Shown here: positions 33,793 to 43,981 of the stretch, piece after piece | Layout: each line of letters starts with the position of its first letter | Position numbering within the stretch: the stretch's first letter is position 1 | Notes under the pieces: model-generated | What the model was told of the DNA's origin: nothing | Databases searched by the model: none | What the model saw: only the letters and a program-made list of their open reading frames with translations | Program-made: the position numbers and the translations under genes | NCBI GenBank assembly: GCA_963847445.1 | Contig: CAWJZV010000048.1 | Span: 192,001-256,000 of the forward strand | Direction: 5' to 3' | Origin: an uncultured delta proteobacterium | GTDB lineage: Bacteria; Desulfobacterota; Binatia; UBA9968 | Length of the DNA: 64,000 bases

Positions 33793-35235
33793 CTATGTGC
33801 CCTTTGTGGTTAAATCTCTTTCTTCCCCGCCAGAGCTCGCGGCAAATTTCTTCGTGACTTTGTCTTTCAACTCCTTGCTCGCGCCCGAGACTTTGGGAAA
33901 CTCGTTGATCCATTCATAGGGCCGGCAGGCGTCGATGATGCCGCGCGACTGGAAGCCGCGCTCGCTCGGCGGGATGATCGGATCGATGGGATTGCTCCAG
34001 CAGCGGCGCAGGATGTCGATGTCTTTCGCCGGGTCGGTGCGCGTGCACAGCGCCCACAGGAGTTCGTTGCTGTCCCAGATATCGATATCGTCGTCGACCA
34101 CCATGACGTAGCGTGTCAGCAGCGCCGCGGCGCGGCATTGCGACGCGATCAACGCCGCTTGCCGGGCATGGCCGGGATAGCGTTGCTTGATCGACAAGGC
34201 GACCAGCAAGCGGGTTTGATGATAGGCGACGCTGCGCACGTCCGGCACGCCGGCCTTGTCGAGGTAGTTCCAGATATAAGCGGCGCGGATCAAATTATTT
34301 TCCGCCCCCGGCGCCGGCTTGAACGGCGGCGCGCCGGTCATGATCGGATCGTTGCGGTACATGAGCCGCTTCACTTTGAGCATCGGCTCCGAGCGCAGAC
34401 CGCCGGCGTAGTAACCGGTGAACTCGCCGAACGGTCCTTCGGGGATACTCGTGCCGGGCAACACTTCGCCCTCGATGACGATTTCCGAATAGGCCGGGAT
34501 CGGCAGGCCGGTGTGTTTGCCCAGGATCACTTCATAGGGTTCGCCGCGCACGCCGCCGGCATAGTCGTATTCGGACTCGCCCGCCGGGATTTCCATCTGG
34601 CCGAAGAACCACAGCAGCGGATCGGGACCGAAACTGATGGCCACGGGAAACGGCTGGCCCTTGTCGAAATATTTTTGCCGGTGAATATGGCCGTGATGGC
34701 CCGGCGAGATGTAGAGCGCCAGCGTATCTTTATCGTGCACCATGACGCGGTAACAGCCGACGTTGATCCAGCCTTCGTCGGGGTCGCGGCTGATGGTCGT
34801 GTCCATGGAGCCGATGTAGCGGCCGCCGTCGCCCTCATGCCACCACGGCACCGGCAAGGACAATAGATCTATATCTTTGCCTTCGAAAACATTTTCCAAC
34901 ACCGGCCCGCTATCGACGACCCGCGGCGGCAGCAAGGTCGGATGGTCGAGACGCTTCTTCCAGGCGTCGATGAACTGATCGCGCGTGTAATCCAGCGGCA
35001 GATGGTTGGTCAAGCATTGGCGCTTGAGCGTCGGATTGTGCACGCCGGTGAGCACGCGCCGCCCCGCCGGATAGTCTTTGATCTTGTCGAACAGCACCGC
35101 CGGCGGCGGATTGGACTGCGCCGCGACTTCGGCCACCGCGCCGATCTCCTGGTTCCAGTCGGCGCCCTCCACCACCCGCAACTCGCCAAACGAATCGACG
35201 CCGTCCAACCATCCGCGCAGATCACGATAATGCAT
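33793..35235 (-). CDS. UbiD family (prFMN-dependent) decarboxylase
   Basis: DLRGWL, PAVLFDKIKDY, NVGCYR, EIVIEG, EGPFGEFTGYY and VVDDDID. Confidence 0.95.
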   Translation of the reverse strand: MHYRDLRGWLDGVDSFGELRVVEGADWNQEIGAVAEVAAQSNPPPAVLFDKIKDYPAGRRVLTGVHNPTLKRQCLTNHLPLDYTRDQFIDAWKKRLDHPTLLPPRVVDSGPVLENVFEGKDIDLLSLPVPWWHEGDGGRYIGSMDTTISRDPDEGWINVGCYRVMVHDKDTLALYISPGHHGHIHRQKYFDKGQPFPVAISFGPDPLLWFFGQMEIPAGESEYDYAGGVRGEPYEVILGKHTGLPIPAYSEIVIEGEVLPGTSIPEGPFGEFTGYYAGGLRSEPMLKVKRLMYRNDPIMTGAPPFKPAPGAENNLIRAAYIWNYLDKAGVPDVRSVAYHQTRLLVALSIKQRYPGHARQAALIASQCRAAALLTRYVMVVDDDIDIWDSNELLWALCTRTDPAKDIDILRRCWSNPIDPIIPPSERGFQSRGIIDACRPYEWINEFPKVSGASKELKDKVTKKFAASSGGEERDLTTKGT

Positions 35236-35616
35236 TCCGCCTCCTTCGAACCGTGGCGATCTTAGAACGGACAATGCCTCGGCACAACCGTTCAATGTCT
35301 CAATCGAGCATGGTGAGTATCACTCGCGACTAGGCGAAGTGAAGATCCGTCAGGCCGGCGCGGACCGGCATCGCACGCATCATCCATCTGGATACCGTTT
35401 TCCAACGGTATGCCGGACGCTGTCGGCCACTTGGGTTCCGGCTTCCGCCGGAATGACGGATGGGGAAACGACTTCGAGTCGGAAGATTAACAATCCCTCT
35501 GTTTGGAGCGAAGCGTTGTTCAACTCCATACTTTCGCGCAGCGGGTTGTTTGTATATAGTTACGCCATCGATCCGGACCGTGCGCCGAAAAGCAAAACCA
35601 TCGGAGGACAATTTCC

Positions 35617-36900
35617 ATGTCGAAACCTTATCTAAATCGCACTGTCCTCGCGGCCAGCCTCGCCGTGGTTTGGTCCTGCGCAACGGCGACCGACAGTCCG
35701 CCGCAGCGCTACGCCGCCGGCACCGGCCCGGCCGACCAACTTCAGTTGCCCGCGCCATTCGACACGCCGTCGGTGCGCAACCAATCGAAAGTGATCGGCT
35801 GGCCCCAAGGCAGAACGCCCACGGCCGCGCCGGGCTTCGAAGTCAGCCTGTTCGCCGACAAACTCGCCAATCCGCGTCAGACCTATGTGCTGCCAAACAA
35901 AGACGTCCTCGTGGTGGAAAGCATTCGCGAGTGGCCCGGCCGCGCCGATCGGCCGGAAAAGTCGGCCAATCGCATCACGCTGTTCCGCGACACCGACAAC
36001 GACGGCAAGCCCGACTTGCGGGAAACCTTTCTCACGGATTTGAACATGCCCGAAGGCATGCTGCTGCTCGGCAATTGGTTCTATGTCGGCAACACCGACG
36101 CCGTGGTTCGCTATCCCTATCGCGCCGGACAGACGAAGATCGACGGCAAAGGCGAAAAGATTATCGATCTGCCGGCCGGCGGCCATCACACCCGCACGCT
36201 CAGCGCCGATCCGGCGGGCAAGAAAATTTACGTCGCCATCGGCTCCGCCTCCAACGTCGACGAAGAAAACGCTTGGGAAAAAGATCAACGGCGCGCCGGT
36301 ATTATCGAAATCAATCCCGACGGCAGCGGCATGCGGATATTCGCCAGAGGTCTGCGCAATCCCGTCGGCATGGACTGGGAACCGAGAACCAAGACTCTCT
36401 GGACCGTCGTCAATGAACGCGATTTACTCGGCGACGATCTCGTGCCGGACTATCTCACCAGCGTGAAAGACGGCGCGTTTTACGGCTGGCCCTACTCGTA
36501 CTTTGGCCCGATCGAAGACCCGCGCAAGAAAGGCCAACGCCCCGACCTCGTCGCCAAAGCGATCAAACCCGACTACGCCTTGGGCTCGCACACCGCGTCA
36601 CTCGGCTTGGCATTCTACAACGGCAAAGCATTTCCTCAACGCTATCAAGGCGGCGCGTTCATCGGCATGCACGGCTCGTGGAACCGCTCCAAGATGGTCG
36701 GCTACAAAGTCGCGTTCGTGCCGTTCGCCAACGGCAAACCCGCCGGACCCATCGAAGACATCCTCACCGGCTTCATCGCCGACGAGAGCAAGTTCGAAGC
36801 CTACGGCCGGCCGGTCGGCGTCACCGTCTTACCTGACGGCTCGCTGCTCGTCGCCGACGACAGCGGCGGCAAAGTCTGGCGCGTCACGGCAAAGAAATAA
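35617..36900 (+). CDS. PQQ-dependent sugar / sorbosone dehydrogenase family lipoprotein (beta-propeller)
   Basis: GLRNPVG, LWTVVNERD, FYGWPYSY, HGSWNRS and GRPVGV. Confidence 0.9.
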   Translation: MSKPYLNRTVLAASLAVVWSCATATDSPPQRYAAGTGPADQLQLPAPFDTPSVRNQSKVIGWPQGRTPTAAPGFEVSLFADKLANPRQTYVLPNKDVLVVESIREWPGRADRPEKSANRITLFRDTDNDGKPDLRETFLTDLNMPEGMLLLGNWFYVGNTDAVVRYPYRAGQTKIDGKGEKIIDLPAGGHHTRTLSADPAGKKIYVAIGSASNVDEENAWEKDQRRAGIIEINPDGSGMRIFARGLRNPVGMDWEPRTKTLWTVVNERDLLGDDLVPDYLTSVKDGAFYGWPYSYFGPIEDPRKKGQRPDLVAKAIKPDYALGSHTASLGLAFYNGKAFPQRYQGGAFIGMHGSWNRSKMVGYKVAFVPFANGKPAGPIEDILTGFIADESKFEAYGRPVGVTVLPDGSLLVADDSGGKVWRVTAKK

Positions 36901-36919
36901 CCAACGAGAAGAAGATGTT

Positions 36920-37130
36920 ACAACACAGAGCGCACGGAGATCACAGAGCAAGTGCCGGTCGCGAGCAGCCCCGTTGGAAATCGAATAATTTACCGCAGAG
37001 TACGCGAAGGGCGCAAAGTTCCGAGCTCTTTGTAGCGTATGGCATACGCCCTTCCTCACAGCGAAGGATGAACTTTGGTTTCACCGCGAAGGGCACCAAG
37101 GTTCGGATAATTTGAAATCCGACCTTCGTG
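36920..37130. repeat. Cluster of degenerate nonamer repeat arms (CACAGAG / CGCGAAG families)
   Basis: cacagagcgcacggagatcacagag; ccgcagagtacgcgaagggcgcaaag; ggttcggataattt..tccgaccttcgtg, which matches 59457-59487. Confidence 0.55.
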
Positions 37131-37571
37131 ACCAACGTCAAAGCTGGCGCGCTCTACGGCTGGCCCTATTCGTATTTCGGCCAGAACGAAGATCCACGCA
37201 AAAAAGGCCAACGCCCCGACCTGGTCGCCAAACCGATCAATCCGGACTTCGCCCTAGGCGTCCATACCGCGCCGCTGCGGCTGGCATTCTACAACGGTAA
37301 ATCCTTCCCGCGCGCTACCAGGGCGGCGCCTTCGTCGGCCTGCATGGATGATGGAATAGATCGAGATTGGTCGGTTACAAGGTTGTTTTTGTGTCTTTCG
37401 CCAACGGTAAGCCAAGCGGCGCCATGGAAGACTTCCTCATCGGCTTCTTGCCCAACCCAAAAGCCTACGAAGTCCACGGCCGCCCGGTCGGCGTCGCCGT
37501 CTGGACCGACGGCTCGCTGCTCGTCCGCGACGACGGCAGCAATAAAGGCTGGCGTCAGCGTGAAGAAATAG
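37128..37571 (+). pseudogene. Degenerate partial duplicate of the C-terminal third of the upstream dehydrogenase
   Basis: YGWPYSYFGQNEDPRKKGQRPDLVAK vs YGWPYSYFGPIEDPRKKGQRPDLVAK; no start or RBS; frameshifts. Confidence 0.85.
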
Positions 37572-37687
37572 GCAGCGGGCAAGAGTCAACAGCTTGACGA
37601 AAATCCGGCAAAGTTCGAACTTTAAACTTCGTCATATTCCTTTCACGACTCGTTTCGTGGTCCAGAAGTTCATAGAATCCTGCTATC

Positions 37688-37770
37688 GTCATGCCGGCGA
37701 ATGCCGGCATCCATCTTCATCTTCGGTTCGCCGGCGATAAATCTGGATTCCGGCTGCGCGGGAATGACGG
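37688..37770. repeat. GTCAT-CCGGC...GGAATGAC REP-like doublet (partial copy at about 35350-35460)
   Basis: gtcatgccggcgaatgccggcatcca ... tggattccggctgcgcgggaatgac. Confidence 0.6.
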
Positions 37771-37874
37771 AAAAGGCTTTGCGGTTTTTGCCCGCAATCT
37801 TGAGACAACTCACTAGCGGCAGCAACCGCGATTCAACGATCTTCCCACCACTCCACTACTCCAACACTGCTTGC

Positions 37875-38609
37875 TCACGTCCTGCCCACTTCCAACAACT
37901 GCCCGGAGACATAATCGGAGTCGCTGGTGGCAAAAAACAGAAACGCCGGCGCGATCGCTTCCGGCGGCACCAACTCCCGTTCGCGCCGGGCGATGCCCAA
38001 CTGTTCGCGGCGGAACTTGGTCAGCTCCTCGGTCATGCGCGTGTCGGCCGCCGGCGAGATGCAGTTGACCTGGATGTTGTGCGACTTGAGTTCGTTGGCG
38101 GCATTTTTGGTCAAGGCGATGATACCGCCCTTGGCCGCCGCATAGTCGGCGACGCCGTAGGAGCCGCGCAATGCCGAAGGCGCGGCGAGATTGATGATCT
38201 TGCCTTTCTGCTGTTGCTTCATGATCGGGATCACCGCTTGGGTGCAATTGAACGTGCCCTTCAAGTGCACGCCCAAGGTCTCGTCCCAGCGTTCTTCGGT
38301 GATATTTTCCAGCGGTGCTAGTCGGAGAATGCCGGCGTTATTCACCAGCACATCGATACGCCCCCACTTGGCGAGCATCGTTTGCACCAGCTTGTCGATG
38401 TCGCCGCGGCGCGTCACGTCGGCGAGCATGGAGATACAATCGCCACCCAGCGCGGTGATATCCCGCTCGGCTCTTTCCAGCGTATCGCGATCCTGCACCG
38501 CCGTGATCGCCACCCGTGCCCCCTCCCTTGCAAACCTCAGCGCCACTGCCCGGCCGATGCCGCGGCTACCGCCGGTGACGATCGCCACTTGTCCGTCGAG
38601 TCTACCCAT
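37875..38609 (-). CDS. Short-chain dehydrogenase/reductase (FabG-like)
   Basis: TGGSRGIG, NNAG, YAAAK and VNCISP. Confidence 0.9.
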   Translation of the reverse strand: MGRLDGQVAIVTGGSRGIGRAVALRFAREGARVAITAVQDRDTLERAERDITALGGDCISMLADVTRRGDIDKLVQTMLAKWGRIDVLVNNAGILRLAPLENITEERWDETLGVHLKGTFNCTQAVIPIMKQQQKGKIINLAAPSALRGSYGVADYAAAKGGIIALTKNAANELKSHNIQVNCISPAADTRMTEELTKFRREQLGIARRERELVPPEAIAPAFLFFATSDSDYVSGQLLEVGRT

Positions 38610-38719
38610 AAGAATATTGCGCACTCCTTTGCTGCTGGTGAAATTAGTCTAGAAGACGACAATTGCGCAAGCTCAGCGAGTTTGGTACGAAGCGCCATCG
38701 GATTGCATGAGGTGTCTTT

Positions 38720-39706
38720 ATGCCGCGACCCTGCGCATTAGCTATGACGATAGTCCTGTTAAGCGCGCTGTTCTTAGCGCCGGCCTCGGCGCAAATGAAA
38801 GTGCGGCTAAACTGGTCGGCCATCGCCGCCGGCCAGAGCGGCATCTGGATCGCCCATGACGAGGGACTTTTCAAGAAAAACGGCCTCGACGTCGAGCTGC
38901 TGCATATTCCGTCGAGCTCCCTGATCATTCAAACTATTCTTGCCGGCGAGGTTGCGATTTCCTATGTCGACGGGCGCAACACGATTCAGTCCAACCTAAC
39001 CGGTTCCGATATGGTGCTCATCGCCGGCGTGACCAATCGCTTTCCCTTCACTTTCATGGCGCGCCCGGAATTCAAGCGCGTCAGTGAATTGCGCGGCAAA
39101 CGCATCGGCGTCACCCGCGTCGGCTCCTCGACCCACACCGTGACGCTCTACGTGCTCAACCAGGCCGGACTCAAACCGGGCGACTACGAAATAGTTCCTT
39201 TGGGTGAAGTGCCGAATATCTTGATCGCCCTCGCCGCCGGCAGGATCGACGCCGGCCCGCTGTCGTCGCCAACGACCATCCGCGGGCGCAAGGCCGGCTT
39301 AGTCGAACTCGCGACTCCGGCGAAAGACGGTCCGGAATATGTTTCCATCGCCGTCGGCGCCACCCGCGCCTACATTCGCAGCAATCCGGAAATCGTCCGC
39401 CGCTTCATGCGCGCCTACGCCGAAGCCGTGCATCTTTTCAAATCCAACAAACCGATAGCGCTAAAAACATTGCAAAAATACACCCGCGTCACCGACCTGG
39501 AGATCCTCGAAGAAACCCATAAAGAATATCGCGAGTTGATCGAATCGGTCCCCTACCCGAGTCGCCGCGGCATCGAAACCATCCTCGCCGAGTTGGCCGC
39601 CAGCGATCCCAAAGCGCGCCAAGCCAAGCCGGATGATTTCGTCGACCGGCGATTCGTCGCGGAGCTAGAGCGAGACGGGTTCTTCAAGAAGCTGGGAGCA
39701 AAGTAG
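38720..39706 (+). CDS. ABC transporter substrate-binding protein (SsuA/THI5-like)
   Basis: ATG CCG CGA CCC reads on the + strand at 38720, so the '-' label in the ORF track is wrong; WIAHDEGLFKKNGLDVE and ELRGKRIGV. Confidence 0.9.
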   Translation: MPRPCALAMTIVLLSALFLAPASAQMKVRLNWSAIAAGQSGIWIAHDEGLFKKNGLDVELLHIPSSSLIIQTILAGEVAISYVDGRNTIQSNLTGSDMVLIAGVTNRFPFTFMARPEFKRVSELRGKRIGVTRVGSSTHTVTLYVLNQAGLKPGDYEIVPLGEVPNILIALAAGRIDAGPLSSPTTIRGRKAGLVELATPAKDGPEYVSIAVGATRAYIRSNPEIVRRFMRAYAEAVHLFKSNKPIALKTLQKYTRVTDLEILEETHKEYRELIESVPYPSRRGIETILAELAASDPKARQAKPDDFVDRRFVAELERDGFFKKLGAK

Positions 39707-39773
39707 TTAAACCGGCAACATATAAATGCCCGTCCCCAGCCCTGGGGGAAGCAAGACGGCGCCGCCTGGTAGC

Positions 39774-40859
39774 TTAGATGAGCTTTTTCTCAAGCAGGAA
39801 TCTGTAGATTACTTGCGCAACGAGACTATGTCCCTTTTCATTCCAATGAATGTCTACCGGAAAATAGAATGCTTCTCCGCGCAATCCTCGCGCTTTTAAC
39901 GTTGGAGTTAAATCGAGGCACAAAAGATTGCGCGCGCCGCAATACGCCGCAATTGTTTTATTGAGTCGGTTAACGCGTTCTTTAAAGACGTCAGTCGACT
40001 TTATTCGTTCCTTGGCGAGTTCCCAATACACTTCTTCTTTTTGTGGGAAGTAAAGCAGGATGAAGGTTGCGTTAGTGCGTTTGCTCTCTTGGTAAGCATC
40101 TTCAATCTGCCTTGCTATGCCAGCCCAGGCTGACGCAAATTCTTGATCTGCAATTGCGTACGGATCGCGCAACCGTCGATCCAGCAGCTTGAGACCGATC
40201 GTGTGTCGCCGGTCATTTGTCCCGCCTTTGTTAAGGGAGCGGAAGACGGTGTTAAAAATATTGTAGCTGGCCGAGTAACGCGCCATGAATCCTTTTGCGG
40301 TCATCCGTTGTTTGCGATTGACCGGCGGCGCTTCAAAACGTACCCCATCCCTCAGGTCATTGGAGAACAGCGCATAGAAAACAACCTTGGGACGCAACCG
40401 CACTCCATATTTTTGCAAAACTCGCGTGTACTGATGCGGGCCATGGCCGGGCACGCCAAAATTTATGATCTCGCGATTTGTCAGTCGCGCCAGCTGCGCC
40501 ACCCACGTCGCCTCTTGGTCAACGCCTGCGCCAAATGTGAACGAATCTCCAAAGGCGGCTCCCCAAGCAGGGCCGCCTAAGGTTCCGCCGCGAAACCCTG
40601 CGCTGGGAAAATTCAATCGGGTTTGTATCCGGAAGCTGAACTCCTCGCCGGGGAAATAGTAATCAGTTTGGGGCCGGATCATATTGCCAATTGGCGGATC
40701 CTTGACGTAGTAGGTGTCTCCTTCCATCAGAACAACCAGATTTCGCAATGGGCCGGGCAAGAGATGACTCGGCAAAAGATAGACGGTAAGATCGAAAGCG
40801 CCCAAGGTAAACAAGGTGCTCAACAGCACGAGCGCCGTTTTAGCGAGAAAGCTTTTCAC
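39774..40859 (-). CDS. Membrane-anchored SGNH/GDSL hydrolase-like (AlgJ/AlgX-like) protein
   Basis: FGDSFTFG, INFGVPG, FSND and DIHWNEKGH. Confidence 0.85.
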   Translation of the reverse strand: MKSFLAKTALVLLSTLFTLGAFDLTVYLLPSHLLPGPLRNLVVLMEGDTYYVKDPPIGNMIRPQTDYYFPGEEFSFRIQTRLNFPSAGFRGGTLGGPAWGAAFGDSFTFGAGVDQEATWVAQLARLTNREIINFGVPGHGPHQYTRVLQKYGVRLRPKVVFYALFSNDLRDGVRFEAPPVNRKQRMTAKGFMARYSASYNIFNTVFRSLNKGGTNDRRHTIGLKLLDRRLRDPYAIADQEFASAWAGIARQIEDAYQESKRTNATFILLYFPQKEEVYWELAKERIKSTDVFKERVNRLNKTIAAYCGARNLLCLDLTPTLKARGLRGEAFYFPVDIHWNEKGHSLVAQVIYRFLLEKKLI

Positions 40860-41460
40860 GATTTCTTTACTTTGAAACTAAGACTTAATGCGAGAAATAC
40901 GGTGTCAACGCCGCAGCGAAATGTCCTAGCTGACGCCAGCGGTAATATGGCCACCGCAGCCAACCCGAAACACAAGAGAAATCGTCGCTAGGAAGAGCAT
41001 CCAAATCTGCCGATGCATATTCAATAATCATATACGCGAGAATTTTATGGCGCAAGCATTTCGTCGTTGGCCGCAGCTCCATCGCGGCGCATCTTGCATC
41101 CCGCTATTTCTTATATAGCCGGTCGAAATCTCCGATATCATCGAGCTCGTTGATAAAACGCAGAACGGCAAAATCTTCGGCCTTCGCTCCGTTGGCTCTC
41201 AGGTCTCGCCATGATCGTATTCAATCCCTCCGAGGTCGCGCTTGATACATCGCCGGCGGCGCCAGCACGGTGGTCTGCACGCGTTGGTTTCCATGGCGTG
41301 CGGTCGCCCCTCTCAGAGAGCAGACACAGGGATTTGCCCTTTGACGATGCGTTGAATCCAGAGTGGACCACTGCCGGTATCCCTTTCCGCTTGACTGCGC
41401 ATACCCATTCCCTGTTAAAGTAGCCGTAACAGCACAGCAGGAGGAGGTTCCCCGGCAACT

Positions 41461-41862
41461 ATGGCTATACCTGGAGAAAAAGCGATTCAGATGGTGCGCA
41501 ATGCGCATACCCAAGCGGCGCAGTTGGACATTGCCGTGACTGCGGTGGTGGTCGACCAGAGTGGTCGCATGATCGCGCTCGGGCGCATGGACAAAGCGCG
41601 GCCGATCACGGTAGAGATCGCCCTTAACAAAGGTTACACTGCGGCGAGCTTCCAGCAGCAGACCAAAGACTTGGCCGGCGTGGCCAACCAAGCCTGGTTT
41701 CAAAGTCTGGTGGTGTCGAGCAGCGGCAAAGTAATGCCGGGTGGCGGCGCCATACCGGTGGTCGAAGGCGGCAACGTCGTCGGCGCCATCGCAGTCTCGG
41801 GCGGCACCGACGATCAAGATCAAAAATGCGCCGAAGTGGCGCTGGCGGCTTATCAAGGATGA
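41461..41862 (+). CDS. GlcG/HbpS (DUF336) heme/cobalamin-binding family protein
   Basis: AVVVDQSG, RMD, IALNKGYTAA, GGAIPV and VGAIAVSGGTDDQD; RBS AGGAGG. Confidence 0.9.
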   Translation: MAIPGEKAIQMVRNAHTQAAQLDIAVTAVVVDQSGRMIALGRMDKARPITVEIALNKGYTAASFQQQTKDLAGVANQAWFQSLVVSSSGKVMPGGGAIPVVEGGNVVGAIAVSGGTDDQDQKCAEVALAAYQG

Positions 41863-41963
41863 AGTGACAGTGATGCGAGACAGAGACCGCCCCGGCGCTT
41901 TCTTAACTTTCTTTCTCTGTCTCTATCTCATGGCTCTGTCTGACTAAACCCGGAGGGCAAACG

Positions 41964-43277
41964 ATGTCCAAAGTTGAAACTCCCAACCCAAACAACGGCA
42001 ACGGTAGCGGCGAGTTCCCGACGCCCTATCTCGGCCGCACCGTGCGCATCGTCGGCAAGTTTGAAAACGTCGACATGAATCAGTCGCCGCACCCGAAAAA
42101 TCAGCGCGGCGAACTGGGCAAGCCGTTGTTCAATTGGTATCACAACACGGTGTCCAAAGATCCACTGACCAGGGTATCGGCGCCAAACCATTTCGCCGAC
42201 CGCAGACATTTCTTGAGCACGGTGGTCAACCAGGCGGCCAAGGGCAAAATCAATCCGCAGAAAGTTCCGGTGAACGATCCCGCCGCCATGGCGCGCCATA
42301 TCAAAGCGGTAGCGCACTACATGGGCGCGGATATCGTCCGCATCGCCAAGGCCCATCCAAATTATCTTTATGCTGCCGGCGGCGGCCGCTATGTCCAAGA
42401 CGGCACGGCCAAGGACGATTACGCATCCCACACGCCGGAGCAGATGGCGCGCAAATTTCCCTACATCATCATGGCGACCACCGCGTGGGACTACAACAAA
42501 CTGCAAGCGCACCGCCATCTGATCGGCGACGCCGCCTATCACATCTCGCAAATCAAGGGCAACATGATCCTGAAAGCCCTTGAAGGTTACATCAAAGAAC
42601 TCGGCTACACGGCGCTGCGCGGCGTGGCGGTGCCCCAAGCGGTGGGCGTTGCCTCCGGCGTCGGCGAGTTAGGCCGTAACGGGCTGGTCATCAGCAAGGA
42701 ATACGGCGCCCGCGTGCATATGCCCGACCCGATCATGACCGATCTGCCGCTCGTGGGTGACGAGCCAATCGACATCGGCGTCGACGATTTCTGCAAAGTC
42801 TGCCGCAAGTGCGCCAACACCTGCCCGACCAATAGCATTCCAGTGGGCGACAAGGTCGTCCACAACGGCGTCGAGAAATACAAGATCAACTGGCTCACCT
42901 GCTACAAGCTGCGCCCCTACGTGCACGATCACTGGGGCAGCTGCCTGACCTGCGCCACGGTCTGTCCCTACACCAAGCCGAAAACCTGGTGGCACAACCT
43001 GGCGACTTCGTCATTGCACTATTGCCCCTACGTCCTGCGCCCGGTGCTGGTGAAGTTTCTCAAATGGGTCGATGACCGATTCTGGGGTTTGGTGCGTAAC
43101 GCGCGGGTGACTTGGCTGGGCTACGATTCCGGCGTCAAACCCGGCGAGCATGCCTGCACTGTCGCCGGCTGCAACGCGTCGCATGAGAAAGCCGGCGCCA
43201 AAGCGGTCGCCGGCAGCGTCGGCTACTATGCGCCGCTCAAGGAAAACACCAATCGATTCGTCAAGCGGGAACCGTAA
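41964..43277 (+). CDS. Reductive dehalogenase-like (RdhA/QueG superfamily) cobalamin and 2x4Fe-4S protein, without a Tat signal
   Basis: IKAVAHYMGADIV, YIKELGY, SGVGELGRNG, TDLPL, FCKVCRKCANTCP and C-X11-CLTCATVCP; ORF intact. Confidence 0.85.
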   Translation: MSKVETPNPNNGNGSGEFPTPYLGRTVRIVGKFENVDMNQSPHPKNQRGELGKPLFNWYHNTVSKDPLTRVSAPNHFADRRHFLSTVVNQAAKGKINPQKVPVNDPAAMARHIKAVAHYMGADIVRIAKAHPNYLYAAGGGRYVQDGTAKDDYASHTPEQMARKFPYIIMATTAWDYNKLQAHRHLIGDAAYHISQIKGNMILKALEGYIKELGYTALRGVAVPQAVGVASGVGELGRNGLVISKEYGARVHMPDPIMTDLPLVGDEPIDIGVDDFCKVCRKCANTCPTNSIPVGDKVVHNGVEKYKINWLTCYKLRPYVHDHWGSCLTCATVCPYTKPKTWWHNLATSSLHYCPYVLRPVLVKFLKWVDDRFWGLVRNARVTWLGYDSGVKPGEHACTVAGCNASHEKAGAKAVAGSVGYYAPLKENTNRFVKREP

Positions 43278-43870
43278 GTGGCTTTGAAGTTTCCCTGGTC
43301 CGGCAAGGACTCCCACAAGGACGATCCCTTCTGGGAGTTTTTCATCAATACGCCGCCCGCCGATCTCACTAATACGGTGACGGAACTGATCCGCAATGCA
43401 CCGGCGGGGAATATTTTCCCCAATAAAGCCGAGCTGCACACGCCCGAGATCACCTCCAGTCATGTCAAAGGCATGGCGCAGTACTTCGGCACGGAGCTGA
43501 TCGGCATCGCCAAGCTTGATGATCGTTCCCCTCGCCCGATGCGCCAGCGGGCAAGGACGAGGACAACGAATTTCCGTTCGCCATCCTGTGCGCCGTCCAT
43601 GCCGACTACGACCCGCGCCAAGCCAAAGGCATCGGCGGCCAGATGCCGGTGCAAAACGGCTTGTTCATCACTTTTGTCTTGAGTTCATGGATTCGCGAAT
43701 TGGGCTTTCGCGCCACAGTGGTGCGCGACGCCAACGTCGACGCGCTGGCGGCCAAAGCAGGCTTGGGAACGTTGAATGGCAATGGCCGGCTGGTCAGCCG
43801 CGAATTCGGCGCCCAGGTTTACGTCGCCGATGCGATCTACACCGATCTGCCGCTAGCCGCGGACGGCTAG
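43278..43870 (+). CDS. RdhA-core paralogue lacking the Fe-S domain (about 197 aa; frameshift near 43550)
   Basis: HVKGMAQYFGTELIGIA, WIRELGF and AGLGTLNGNG..SREFGAQV..TDLPLAADG*; stops where the ferredoxin domain would begin. Confidence 0.75.
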
Positions 43871-43981
43871 GCCTTCGGCCATTCCAGATTACAAATTTCA
43901 GATTTTCAAATTGCCGATCCGAACTCTGGAATATGTAATTTGGAATCTGGAATTAGATATTTCGAGCGAAGCGAGGACCCC

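Noticed and set aside
38720-39706. ORF track lists this binding protein on the minus strand
   Set aside because: The listed protein MPRPCALAM is encoded by ATGCCGCGACCC... on the plus strand; annotated as +.
41140-41460. Possible cobalamin riboswitch upstream of the RdhA-like operon
   Set aside because: An AACAGGGAA-like string occurs only on the opposite strand, and the other conserved elements (GCCACTG, B12 box) are not evident. An Rfam scan would settle it.
43881-43953. Heptamer-like inverted repeat within the RdhA-like operon as a specific regulatory RNA (similar tracts at 31709-31743 and 47481-47525)
   Set aside because: It resembles the generic short-period intergenic repeats seen across the window; nothing ties it to this operon.
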